64,000 nucleotides of DNA, from the IMG/VR virus record IMGVR_UViG_3300021431_000075, positions 416,001-480,000 of that record. One strand, written 5' to 3'. Shown piece after piece: positions 20,246 through 29,737 of this stretch (position 1 is its first letter; every line of letters begins with the position of its first letter). Origin of the DNA: a virus (taxonomy: Duplodnaviria > Caudoviricetes). The notes under the pieces were generated by a model. That model did not search any database, was not told the DNA's origin, and saw only the letters and a list, made by a program, of their open reading frames with translations. The position numbers were made by a program, and so were the translations under genes.

Positions 20246-20257
20246 AATAATAAAGCA

Positions 20258-21400
20258 ATGAATGAGATAGTTAATGTGAATGATTCAAGCACTGGTGCTA
20301 ATATGCTTGTTCGTTACTCGGAAGAGTTGAATTCTCTTACCGAGAATGACAAGGAGAAATACCGTGCTCTTACAAGTCAGATTGATGTTGACAATCCCCG
20401 TTCGGTGTCTTCGTTCGGATATGATATTAACATGACTCTGGCAAATCAGGCAGATGTTTTGCTGGAAAAGTCGAATGCGAACAAGGCGTCTGAATTCAAC
20501 AAGCTGACAAGCGATTTGTTGATACAAATCAAAGATATTGGCTTGGCAACAGAAGAAGATGAAAAAGACAACAAGTATTTTGATTGGATGAAGTCTCTTC
20601 CTTTTGTCAATCGTTTTGTCAAGGTTGCCACTGATGTTAAAATCAAGAATGCCAGTCCGAAAGAGAACGTGGACGAAGTCAAGAAGAAGATTCAGTCGTT
20701 GTCTGTTCTTGCACAGAAGGAGATTGCGGTTCTTGATGAAATGTACAAAAACATGGTGAGTTATAAGAAAATGAACCGTGAAAGAATCATAGCATTGATG
20801 CTTCTTGAGAAAGAGGCTAAAGAATCTATTGAAAAACTCGAATCAAGCGGAGAGTGGATCGACGCTTATGAGATGCGAAACAAGAAGAAATTCTTGAACG
20901 CGCTGTCTAAACGCATAACGGATATGAGCATGATTGATGTCGAGTTTGATACGACTCTCCATCAGATTGATGCGATTTGCGGCAACTATGATACAATAGT
21001 TTATAATGCGCAAGTCATTGTCGGACAGGTTATCCCGATATGGAAGAATCATATCGTCATCGGCAACGAGCAGAGCACGCAGAAACTTTGCGCTGACATG
21101 GAAGATAAGGTTCGGACGTCTGCAAACGACATGCTTAAGAAGAATGCTGAAATGCTGAAACAGAATAGCATCGAGATTGCCAAGATGAACGAGGCTCCTG
21201 TCTTTGATATTGACACTCTGAAGAAATCGACAGAGACTTTGATTGAGACAATCAAGGAAGTTGATAACATTCACAAAAAGGGTCAGGAATCAAGGGCTGG
21301 CATCGTGAAGGAAGTCGAGAATATCAAGCAGAGACTGTTAACGGCAATAGACGAAAACACTGCAAAAAATCTGATTGGAAGTGATTCCCATTTTATCTAA
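20258..21400 (+). CDS. Toxic anion resistance protein TelA/KlaB family
   Basis: Coiled-coil; SFG, IPIWKN, NDMLKKNAEMLKQNS, DIDTLKK pattern. Confidence 0.75.
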   Translation: MNEIVNVNDSSTGANMLVRYSEELNSLTENDKEKYRALTSQIDVDNPRSVSSFGYDINMTLANQADVLLEKSNANKASEFNKLTSDLLIQIKDIGLATEEDEKDNKYFDWMKSLPFVNRFVKVATDVKIKNASPKENVDEVKKKIQSLSVLAQKEIAVLDEMYKNMVSYKKMNRERIIALMLLEKEAKESIEKLESSGEWIDAYEMRNKKKFLNALSKRITDMSMIDVEFDTTLHQIDAICGNYDTIVYNAQVIVGQVIPIWKNHIVIGNEQSTQKLCADMEDKVRTSANDMLKKNAEMLKQNSIEIAKMNEAPVFDIDTLKKSTETLIETIKEVDNIHKKGQESRAGIVKEVENIKQRLLTAIDENTAKNLIGSDSHFI

Positions 21401-22274
21401 GATAGCAAACAGGTTTCGTTCTCGAACAAAGGATGAAGAGTCTGGAGATGATGTTTCTTACACCATCAAGATTGATGATGTCGGTTATATAACGACAAAC
21501 ACGTCATCAATTCAGATAAAAGACAGCAAGCTCGGGATTGTAAATTATGTTTATGAAGATACTTATGTATATGACTTGTCAGACGAGTCGGACTTGGAAG
21601 ATTTCAAGAAAGAAACTGCAAATGACGGCGTGTCCGATTATAGTATCTGTATCGAAACACTCAACGGCTACATTAGCAAGTATAGGGATTTCTATATAGG
21701 TCACTTCGACGAACATGTCTTGTTGCAATCCGAATTGCGCGGAATATGCATCATCTTGAAGAATTTTCTGTTCTTTCTTGACGAGATGCCGGTTGAAGCG
21801 GTTGCAAGATTGAACATGTTGTCTTCTCTTATATCAGACACTGACAATAACTATGTCATAGAGAGTCGTGCTCATGCGGATGGAAAGATGTATCTGAAGT
21901 TGTTCAAGGATTCGTATGACAAGTTAATTCATGAGCGATTCAACAAGAAGGTTATAGAAACAAAGAGAGCGGCGAAGAATGCCGCGAAGAAGTCATGCAA
22001 GTTCAAGTATTATGTAGGAGACCGATATTTCGTATGGAACGTTGATACGCGGACAAATGAGTTAATCGAGAGTGTGTACGAGGTCAAGAAAACGATATAC
22101 ACGATTGGAGCGAATCAAGTGAATGTCGTTGTTATGAAGTTTATTTCGGGAGTTCGTAGAAACATGAGACCGGTTAGTCCGTTGGACTGCAATGCTTTCC
22201 ATATAAAGTACGAGCCGGACTTGTTCATATTTCCGATGAATGCGAGACTTATCAAGAAGAGCGTTAAATTGTAA
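21375..22274 (+). CDS. Hypothetical protein
   Basis: 299-aa ORF overlapping telA end; start uncertain. Confidence 0.6.
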   Translation: MEVIPILSKIANRFRSRTKDEESGDDVSYTIKIDDVGYITTNTSSIQIKDSKLGIVNYVYEDTYVYDLSDESDLEDFKKETANDGVSDYSICIETLNGYISKYRDFYIGHFDEHVLLQSELRGICIILKNFLFFLDEMPVEAVARLNMLSSLISDTDNNYVIESRAHADGKMYLKLFKDSYDKLIHERFNKKVIETKRAAKNAAKKSCKFKYYVGDRYFVWNVDTRTNELIESVYEVKKTIYTIGANQVNVVVMKFISGVRRNMRPVSPLDCNAFHIKYEPDLFIFPMNARLIKKSVKL

Positions 22275-22298
22275 TAATGATTAAAAGAAAGAAACAAA

Positions 22299-22724
22299 AT
22301 GTATACCAAGATATTAATGCTGCATGATAACACGACGAATGACGTTATCACGGTGAATACAGATTTTCTATGTTATGCGTATACAAATGAATATGGAGTG
22401 ACATCTCTGAAGTTGTCATGTCTTAGCGCAGATGAGAATACGGTTCTTGTCAAGGAAAGTGTTGCGAAGATATATAGTCAGGTAGACGACAAGTTCATTT
22501 GTCTCCATAATTCGGATGATAATAGTCTTGCCATATTTAGCATCAAAGATTTCATATATTCATATTATGACCGGACTAATAATATTGGAGCGGTTGTTAT
22601 GAATATCGACGATGATTATCCATGTTTTGAAGTCAATGAGACTCCACACAAGATATGTCGAAAGATAATCGAAAAGGATAAAAAAGATGAAGAAACGAAC
22701 AATGATGAAATGAAAAAGGAATAG
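22299..22724 (+). CDS. Hypothetical protein with duplicated small domain
   Basis: Two similar halves (LH...VKES..KI / LH...VNET..KI). Confidence 0.6.
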   Translation: MYTKILMLHDNTTNDVITVNTDFLCYAYTNEYGVTSLKLSCLSADENTVLVKESVAKIYSQVDDKFICLHNSDDNSLAIFSIKDFIYSYYDRTNNIGAVVMNIDDDYPCFEVNETPHKICRKIIEKDKKDEETNNDEMKKE

Positions 22725-23050
22725 CGTTAGAAGTTCATCTTTCTAACAGAAAGTTTGGGCGGTATTCCCGATTTTGGTTTATGCAAGTTCTGGATATTTG
22801 TGCCATTATTTACTATTATATTTACATTTCTTGGGCATGAAATTCAGACAAAAAGCACCTTATGGGTTTATACAATTCTATCGCTTTGTGTTACCAGTCC
22901 GACTTGGGTTGCTTTGCAGGACGGAGATTTGCGATTACAGCCGGGAAGTTATACCCGTCACTGACGAATGTCCCTGCTGTCTGGCTGTATGAACATTTTG
23001 AAGACTTGTGAAGTTCATCCAATGTTAATGGGTTGGTAGCACAATTATAC

Positions 23051-23091
23051 AAGAGACCGCTGTCTGTTTGGCTTGGCAGCGGTCTCTTTTT
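23051..23091. terminator. Bidirectional terminator
   Basis: AAGAGACCGCTG...CAGCGGTCTCTTTTT. Confidence 0.75.
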
Positions 23092-23104
23092 CTTATTGAT
23101 GATT

Positions 23105-24250
23105 TTAGTCAAATAATGATTTTTCGCATTCAAACTCAACTCCGTACTTGCTCGGTGTGATTTGTGAGAGCTGGTTGTTTCGTTCATCCACAAGAATGAC
23201 ATTTGCTGTGAACTTCTCTCCATTCACTTGCATCTCGAATGTTCCGAAGAATGGGTCGTTGTTGTCTGCGAAGTCGGAAAGTGTCTCTGTTAGTCCGGGT
23301 TCTGTTCTGATGAACGCGTTGACAACAAGATAGTCTGTGTTCTTGTGCCTTTCTGCTTTTATATCGTTCTTCTTGATGCTTGATATAAAAGCCTGATATA
23401 TGAAGTCAATCATTCTTCCGCTTTCATACGGCATGTTCGGCTGCTTGTTGCATTCCATGAAGATGTTCTTGTATATCAGGTTGATTTCTTCAGATGAATC
23501 ATCTGGCTTGATTTCCCGCTTCTTTGTGTTCGATAGAATGAAGTTGAGGTCGAATTCTTTGAACCTCATTCTTCCGAGCCTGATTGCAATAGATGTTATG
23601 TTTCCTCTGTTCGGTTTTGACGCGAACCTGCTATGAAACTCCGTCGGCGTGTACTTGTTGCTTGTATCGGACTTGTAGATGATGCTGTGCATCTTCTTAA
23701 GCGGAGTTTCGTTGAATATCATCTTTCCGTTGCTTGCCGGCCACAAGTTAAACGAGTCTTCATCAGAGAGGAAAGACAATTTATGGAAGTACATGTCTTG
23801 GAAGTCGCTATTGATGAAATGCATTCTGTAAATCTTGTACATGTCTTTCAAGAACTGGTCATAGTCATAGTTTTCATCAGGAACTATCTTGAACTTTACG
23901 CTGAACATAAGAGTCATCGGAGTCGTTCCGTCCGGCGTTTTCTCCTGCAACTCCTTGTTGATTGTCCTGATGTTGAACGCGTCATAGTTGTCATACATCG
24001 TTGTCTTGTCATAGTTCTTGTGAGCATAGTCATATTTTCTGGTTATGTATATGCATGGCTCGGCATTGTCGGTCATGAAATATAACTTGTTATATAGAGA
24101 GACTATGTATCTGACAATGACTTCAGGCTCTATTTCATCTTCATCGATCATGAACGAGTCAACCAGCTGGTAAAATACTTGTTCATCCGTATTGTCAGTA
24201 ACTTCATCTGTCTCTATCTTTGAGAATAACGACTCGTTTAAATTCAACAT
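23105..24250 (-). CDS. Hypothetical late protein
   Basis: ATG 24250 (MLNLNES); GATAAATA on - strand at 24275-24282. Confidence 0.65.
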   Translation of the reverse strand: MLNLNESLFSKIETDEVTDNTDEQVFYQLVDSFMIDEDEIEPEVIVRYIVSLYNKLYFMTDNAEPCIYITRKYDYAHKNYDKTTMYDNYDAFNIRTINKELQEKTPDGTTPMTLMFSVKFKIVPDENYDYDQFLKDMYKIYRMHFINSDFQDMYFHKLSFLSDEDSFNLWPASNGKMIFNETPLKKMHSIIYKSDTSNKYTPTEFHSRFASKPNRGNITSIAIRLGRMRFKEFDLNFILSNTKKREIKPDDSSEEINLIYKNIFMECNKQPNMPYESGRMIDFIYQAFISSIKKNDIKAERHKNTDYLVVNAFIRTEPGLTETLSDFADNNDPFFGTFEMQVNGEKFTANVILVDERNNQLSQITPSKYGVEFECEKSLFD

Positions 24251-24533
24251 AAAATACAACAATTGCAATTTTTCTATTTATCAAACGTTTGTTTTGATGC
24301 TAATTTCTTGATAATTGTCAAGAAAACAATCATTTTTTGCATTTTTGTGTTGTCAGTTTAAACTTTTTATAGACTTGCTTGTATAAATACATTAGAACGA
24401 TAAATTAGTTGGATTAGCAGACATTTTGTCTGTTTTTATTGTGCTTAAAGACTGTGTGCGCACACAGAGTATCAAAAAAGTTATTTATGTGCTTATTTTT
24501 CACAAAAATCATTATAAAAATAAAGTTTGGATT

Positions 24534-25016
24534 ATGAAAAAGATTATTTTTTCTGTTGTTTTGATGTTGGTAATGTCAAGCAGCGATTTGAACTCAGCGA
24601 ATGTTAATTATAATGATGACAATTTGACTTCAAGAATTGAATTTCTTTCTAATTCGATTTTGAAATCCCAGGATTCTTCTGTGAATCCGTACTCACTGGA
24701 CTTCAATAAGAACTTCGATTTGATTAGAAGTTTTTTAAGACTGGATGAACATCAGTCAAGTTTGTTGCATCAACTTCATATTGACATAAAGAACGAGTTC
24801 GAGAAACTCTACGGAATCAATGATAAGTCTGTCAGGGAGAAGACGTTCAATAACATCATATCGTTCTGGAGAAGAATGTCAAGCATGATGATTGTTGATA
24901 TGACAAACGACGAGACGGAAGAGATTTCAAGAATGATATATCGAGAATATTGGGCGCTTGTAAGCGTGACTGTTAGCAATAGCAAGATCATTGACGAGTT
25001 TGGTCATGTAAATTAA
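24534..25016 (+). CDS. Secreted protein resembling an uncharacterised Prevotella/Bacteroides family
   Basis: Signal peptide MKKIIFSVVLMLV; Y.L....L.L...Q ... YREY..L...T..N pattern recalled from host proteins. Confidence 0.6.
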   Translation: MKKIIFSVVLMLVMSSSDLNSANVNYNDDNLTSRIEFLSNSILKSQDSSVNPYSLDFNKNFDLIRSFLRLDEHQSSLLHQLHIDIKNEFEKLYGINDKSVREKTFNNIISFWRRMSSMMIVDMTNDETEEISRMIYREYWALVSVTVSNSKIIDEFGHVN

Positions 25017-25145
25017 GAGAGAAACAGAAAGAAATTAAATTGAAAAACGTTTAATTATAATTAGACATTCGCTGTGTGAGAAATCCACTGGTTCGGTCAT
25101 TGAGATGAAAATCTCTTTTGACTGGTTTCCAGCGGATAATTTTTT

Positions 25146-25174
25146 TAAACCAAATATGAATAATGTTGTATACT
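25146..25174 (+). promoter_or_regulatory. TAAACC-N16-GTATACT promoter
   Basis: Motif 26 nt before clpP ATG. Confidence 0.65.
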
Positions 25175-25200
25175 TAATTAGGTTTTTTAATTTATAAAGT

Positions 25201-25944
25201 ATGAACGATAGGATTTTTGAAGATTTCAGAAAGTTTGCAACAAACCAGAAGTTTAACGGTCAGTATATGACTGGTGATTTTCTTGATGATTACAGAAAGC
25301 ATGGCATAAGCGATTATATAACTCCGTATGTCATCGAGCATTCAAGAGACAACGGCGTGTCAATAGACATTTTCTCCCGCCTCATCAGGGATAAGATTAT
25401 ATTTTTGGGCGATGAGATTGATGACAATCTTGCGAATGTGATTTCTGCGCAGCTTTTGTTCTTGAAGAATGAGAATAGCGAGTCTGATATTTCTTTGTAT
25501 TGCAATAGTCCGGGCGGTAGCGTATATGCCGGCATGGAAATTGTAGCGACAATGCATTATATTCCTAATAAGATTCAGACAGTTTGTCTTGGACTGTGTG
25601 CGTCAATGGCATCAGTTATTCTTGCATGTGGAGATTACGGCAACAGGTTCATCCAAAACACTGGAACAGTTATGATTCATCAGCCGATTACCGGAGTTCA
25701 GGGACCTGCTGCTGATATACAGATTGTTTCTGATGAAGTTAATCGTCTGAAGAAAGAGTTGTTCAATATATTAGCAGACCGCACAGGACATACATATGAT
25801 GACATCTGTACGATAGCCCAGAGAGACAACTGGATGTCTGCGCAGGATGCTCTTGCTTTCAATATCGTTGATGGTATTCTTCCGACTAATCCAGCAAAGA
25901 TGATTAAGTATGCAGACTGGAAAAAGAGCAAAAATGATGAATAG
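25201..25944 (+). CDS. clpP: ATP-dependent Clp protease proteolytic subunit
   Basis: DIFSRL, NSPGGS, CASMAS, MIHQP, RDNWM. Confidence 0.92.
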   Translation: MNDRIFEDFRKFATNQKFNGQYMTGDFLDDYRKHGISDYITPYVIEHSRDNGVSIDIFSRLIRDKIIFLGDEIDDNLANVISAQLLFLKNENSESDISLYCNSPGGSVYAGMEIVATMHYIPNKIQTVCLGLCASMASVILACGDYGNRFIQNTGTVMIHQPITGVQGPAADIQIVSDEVNRLKKELFNILADRTGHTYDDICTIAQRDNWMSAQDALAFNIVDGILPTNPAKMIKYADWKKSKNDE

Positions 25945-25950
25945 TTGACC

Positions 25951-26532
25951 ATGGGAAAGGTTTATTTCCGCACTGGACCGATGAACTGCGGAAAGTCAAT
26001 GCATCTGATTGCTGCTGTCTATAATTTCAGAGAGCGTGGCATTGAAGTGGTTGTCATCAAGCCGTCAATAGACACGAGAGATGGCGGAGTCATCAAGAGC
26101 AGAGCTCTGAACACGACTCTTGACGTTATATCGTATAAAGCAGAAGACAACATCTATGACGACTTGAAGGATAAGGTTTCTGAAAATACTTGGGTTGTTT
26201 GTGACGAGAGCCAGTTCTTGACTGCTGAACAAGTCAATCAGCTTGCAAGACTTGCAGATGATGTCGGTTTGAATGTGATTTGCTATGGTCTCAAGACAGA
26301 TTTCAATACAAATCTGTTCCCAGGTTCCAAGCGACTTCTTGAAATAGCGGACACGATAGAAGAGTTGAAATCAACTTGCAGTTGCGGAAGAAAGGCGATG
26401 ATTAATGCACGAGTTGATTCATCCGGAAATATTGTAACAGATGGACCTCAGATTGAATGTGGCGGAAATGAGAAATATTTGACTCTATGCAGGAAATGTT
26501 ATTATCAAAAGTTAAAAGAGCAGGAATGTTAA
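25951..26532 (+). CDS. tdk: Thymidine kinase
   Basis: GPMNCGKS P-loop, DESQFL, YGLKTDF, CSCG...Y..LCRKC. Confidence 0.92.
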   Translation: MGKVYFRTGPMNCGKSMHLIAAVYNFRERGIEVVVIKPSIDTRDGGVIKSRALNTTLDVISYKAEDNIYDDLKDKVSENTWVVCDESQFLTAEQVNQLARLADDVGLNVICYGLKTDFNTNLFPGSKRLLEIADTIEELKSTCSCGRKAMINARVDSSGNIVTDGPQIECGGNEKYLTLCRKCYYQKLKEQEC

Positions 26533-26731
26533 CAGGTTCCTGCTCTTTGTTTCAATGAAATAAATAAAAAGTTAGAAGTCAATCTTATTTAATTTTGTAA
26601 TTTTTGTTAGATAAATAGTCAAATATTAAAGAAATTCAACAAAACAGCAGAACAAATGAAAATGACTCACAACATTAAGAAAATGACTATGTCATACTTC
26701 AGATAAATAGAAAAAGGAAGGTTAGATACTA

Positions 26732-26898
26732 CCGGATATGAATGCGGGTGGCTTCGCGGGACGCGTTGGAATGCAGCCGTGCGGCTATACTTGCAAGGGG
26801 ATTCGGAAAGTCTGCCGACTTGAAACCTCTGATTTTCTATTAGGTTAGAAAGTTTCGCTGGGAATTCGTTTCCGGACTTTACAGAAGAGTATTCTGTA
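26732..26898 (+). ncRNA. Candidate structured non-coding RNA, family unknown
   Basis: GC-rich island in AT-rich spacer with nested helices, behind late promoters, followed by a hairpin. Confidence 0.5.
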
Positions 26899-26952
26899 TG
26901 TTACATTTGTCTGCATAGATAATGTATGTACTAAAATATCTTATAATAGAAC

Positions 26953-27639
26953 ATGTCACTATTTGATGAAATAGAGTTCGAAGACGACATTTTAAGTTAT
27001 GAAGAGGAACATTTGCTTTTTGTCGGAGATCTTGTTTTGTACGAGATTCCGACAGACCGCTTTTATATAGCATCATATAGCGCTTTTGCTTATTCACCTT
27101 CTATTGCGCTTGACAACAAGGACAATCAGATAGTTATGGGTGTTTCTTTGACTGAAGCAGACTTGAAAGATGAGATTGTTTATAGTGATGTATTGATGAT
27201 GAACTTCTTGCTTGCAGAGCCTTTGAAACTGCCGTTTATGTATTATGGAAAAGATAAGCGTCCTTATATTCAGGCATATGTCAAGAATCAGTTCAAGATA
27301 TATGTTAATAAGTTCAGGAAGGAATGTCCGGACTATGAGAAGATAAAGACGTTGAAGATATATATGCCGAGAATTGACGACTTGAAGAAGTTCAAGCACA
27401 ATAAAGATTCTTATAGTTGCATAAGCGATTATCTTGGAAATGAGCCTGTTGATAAGTTCAGGGAACGACTTGAAAAGAGCAAGGTCTATGCATTGGACAA
27501 GAATAATAATCTATGCAGATTCATTATGAATTCTGAATGTCCGGAAGAAAAGGAAGTTGAAGAACTTGATTATGACACCTGTGAGTTTTTGTGTGTGTTC
27601 CGTGATGTTGTTGTCCGCAAGCAAGGTGACTTGTATTGA
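26953..27639 (+). CDS. Hypothetical protein
   Basis: 228-aa ATG ORF. Confidence 0.65.
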   Translation: MSLFDEIEFEDDILSYEEEHLLFVGDLVLYEIPTDRFYIASYSAFAYSPSIALDNKDNQIVMGVSLTEADLKDEIVYSDVLMMNFLLAEPLKLPFMYYGKDKRPYIQAYVKNQFKIYVNKFRKECPDYEKIKTLKIYMPRIDDLKKFKHNKDSYSCISDYLGNEPVDKFRERLEKSKVYALDKNNNLCRFIMNSECPEEKEVEELDYDTCEFLCVFRDVVVRKQGDLY

Positions 27640-27714
27640 GCGTTTGCAAGTTCAGCGGCTTGTGATCAATCGCAAGAAAATAAATATAATATATAAAATG
27701 TTTTTGTTGGAAAC

Positions 27715-28263
27715 ATGCAAAACACTAAGAATAAGGATAACTATTATTTCAACTGGAAGAATGTACATGGACTCACTTTCATAGATAGGGACAATGGAAA
27801 TCATCTTGTCAAGTACAAGGGTAAGACATACAGGTACAGAGATATTATCAATGCGTATGAATTGACGGAATCACAGTTCCGGGATGTTGATGGGGTTGAG
27901 CTGAAGTATGTTCTTGAAAACAATTTCATCAAGCCCGTCAAGACAGAGATGCTGAACGAGAGTAGGTATGACTGGAACCATATCGATCCGATAACCGGAA
28001 TGCCGAAGATGAAAACAAGACCTGAGGATGCTATAGAGTTGATGAGCAGAATGCCGGCAAGAAGTTGCTGGATAACTTTGCTTCAGAACAGGGTTAATTT
28101 GAACAGTGTCGGAAACGTAAGGTTCAAGAGGGATGTTTGGTTTGACAGGACTGACCGTACAGTCAGTTCGGACAAGAGCAAGGAAGATGCTGTGTTCTTT
28201 AGAGAAGCAAGGCTGTCCGACGGCTCGTATCCGCACGGATGGATTGCATGCGATAAAAGATAA
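27715..28263 (+). CDS. Hypothetical late protein
   Basis: ATAAATA at 27680-27686. Confidence 0.65.
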   Translation: MQNTKNKDNYYFNWKNVHGLTFIDRDNGNHLVKYKGKTYRYRDIINAYELTESQFRDVDGVELKYVLENNFIKPVKTEMLNESRYDWNHIDPITGMPKMKTRPEDAIELMSRMPARSCWITLLQNRVNLNSVGNVRFKRDVWFDRTDRTVSSDKSKEDAVFFREARLSDGSYPHGWIACDKR

Positions 28264-28345
28264 AGATTGCAATTGGGAAATAAAATTAAAAATGCTCTTT
28301 GAAAATCAATTCAAAGAGCATTTGATTTTATATATGTTGATGTTT

Positions 28346-28744
28346 TTAATAAACAGTTTCGCCCCAGTCAACGAAGATTGTGTCCGCGTTGGCTCCTGTT
28401 CCGATTGACACGTTGTCCGTGTTCTGCTCTTGATCATCAACTGACTTGATGACAAGGGTGTAGTTGCCGTCTGAACCTTCTTCAACGCGTGCAGTATATG
28501 AAACACCGTCGATAACAGTATCCGTGAAGTACATGGTTCCGTTGTTTGCAACCTGAATGAAGCGGTCTCCGATATCCTCGAAGTAAACCCAGCATGGACC
28601 GTCCTTGTCGAATCTGTCTGTTTTTGGAGGATCTACTCTTGAACCGGAGTTGTGTATATATGCGATAAGCGGAAGGTTTGTATCGTCTGTCTGAAGATAA
28701 GCAAGATAAGCATCCCAGTCCGCGAATTTTCTTAGGTATTTCAT
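28346..28744 (-). CDS. Hypothetical late protein, paralog of 28786..28980
   Basis: Shared MKYL..F..W..Y..YL...LP...YI.NSG.RVD...DGPCW. Confidence 0.7.
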   Translation of the reverse strand: MKYLRKFADWDAYLAYLQTDDTNLPLIAYIHNSGSRVDPPKTDRFDKDGPCWVYFEDIGDRFIQVANNGTMYFTDTVIDGVSYTARVEEGSDGNYTLVIKSVDDQEQNTDNVSIGTGANADTIFVDWGETVY

Positions 28745-28785
28745 TCGTTTAAAATGACTCTTTTTATATTATATTTATCTTTCTG

Positions 28786-28980
28786 TTAGTTGATTTCTCT
28801 GTTATCGTTATCAACAGTATAAATCCAGCACGGTCCATCCGGTTTGTACTTGTCTGGACTCGGCGCGTCAACTCTTGCGCCAGAATTCTCTATATATACG
28901 ACTGTTGGAAGCACTTTCGGATTCGTTCCAAGATACTCTTGGTATTTCTGCCAAGTTTCAAATCTCATTAGATATTTCAT
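28786..28980 (-). CDS. Hypothetical late protein, paralog of 28346..28744
   Basis: Same motif; own GATAAATA at 29004-29011. Confidence 0.7.
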   Translation of the reverse strand: MKYLMRFETWQKYQEYLGTNPKVLPTVVYIENSGARVDAPSPDKYKPDGPCWIYTVDNDNREIN

Positions 28981-29023
28981 CTATGATGAATGATGCCTTT
29001 AATTATTTATCAAAAACTTGTTT

Positions 29024-29719
29024 TTAAAGAACCAGTCGGTCGATTCCAGTTACCTTGTATATGAGCTTGAGTATCTCCTGTTTCAAGTCTCCTGTATAGT
29101 TGAGGAACGGGATATACTTGTGCTGCCATACTTCAAGCATCCGGATTTCATGAATAGACTTCGAGTTGTATGTTCTGTATATCATCCCGACATTCTTGAG
29201 ATTGCACTCTTTCTTTATGTGGTTGAAGAATGCGAGTTCAGTTTCCTTGTTCAGAAAGACCTTTGCCACGTTGTTAGATATTGGTGCCTGCTTGCTTGCA
29301 TACATGTCAAGGTTCTTTCTTGTGTAGAATTCCATATCAAGATTATGTAAAGTGTTGATAACCACTGCTCTTAACGCTGTGTTGCACAGATTGAGGTTTA
29401 TTCCACGGACCTGTTCCCGTTCAACATGCGTGACAAGAACAATCGGAAGCGAGTCATAGTACTCGAACTTGATAGTTCCGTCATCGTATACGCTCGGTTT
29501 CTCTGCTCTGTATATGAACGCGTATATTTGACCGGGATACAGCGTGCGGTTTCCGAACAGGCTTTCGCCGTCGTATTCGTCAATCTGCCTTGCCTTGTCT
29601 TTTCCGCGGACTTTCATCAGGAACAGAGTCTTTATAATCGAGTCGAATGATTTCTTCTCTTGCTCTTTCCAGTCTTCCTTTTCATGCTTCCTGCATTCGG
29701 TTATGAAACTGTAGTCCAT
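29024..29719 (-). CDS. T4 gp2-like DNA end protector
   Basis: PGQIY.F.Y, YYDSLPIVL, GINLN, RTY. Confidence 0.6.
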   Translation of the reverse strand: MDYSFITECRKHEKEDWKEQEKKSFDSIIKTLFLMKVRGKDKARQIDEYDGESLFGNRTLYPGQIYAFIYRAEKPSVYDDGTIKFEYYDSLPIVLVTHVEREQVRGINLNLCNTALRAVVINTLHNLDMEFYTRKNLDMYASKQAPISNNVAKVFLNKETELAFFNHIKKECNLKNVGMIYRTYNSKSIHEIRMLEVWQHKYIPFLNYTGDLKQEILKLIYKVTGIDRLVL

Positions 29720-29737
29720 CTTTTTAGTTCTGGTTGT

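Noticed and set aside
22961-23005. Hammerhead ribozyme (CTGACGA)
   Set aside because: No GAAA closing a stem II at the required position
25201-26532. TAG recoding (code 15, as in Lak phages), suggested by clpP-TAG-tdk being in frame and by 22299..22964
   Set aside because: All long genes are intact in code 11. TAG ends genes at expected C-termini (dnaJ, RNA ligase), and read-through at 8134 would run out of frame over the FNT gene.
26796-26890. RNase P RNA or tmRNA identity (GGAAAGTC, ACAGAA, GGGG)
   Set aside because: Too short, other conserved regions are absent, and there is no T-loop/CCA end or tag ORF in the right place
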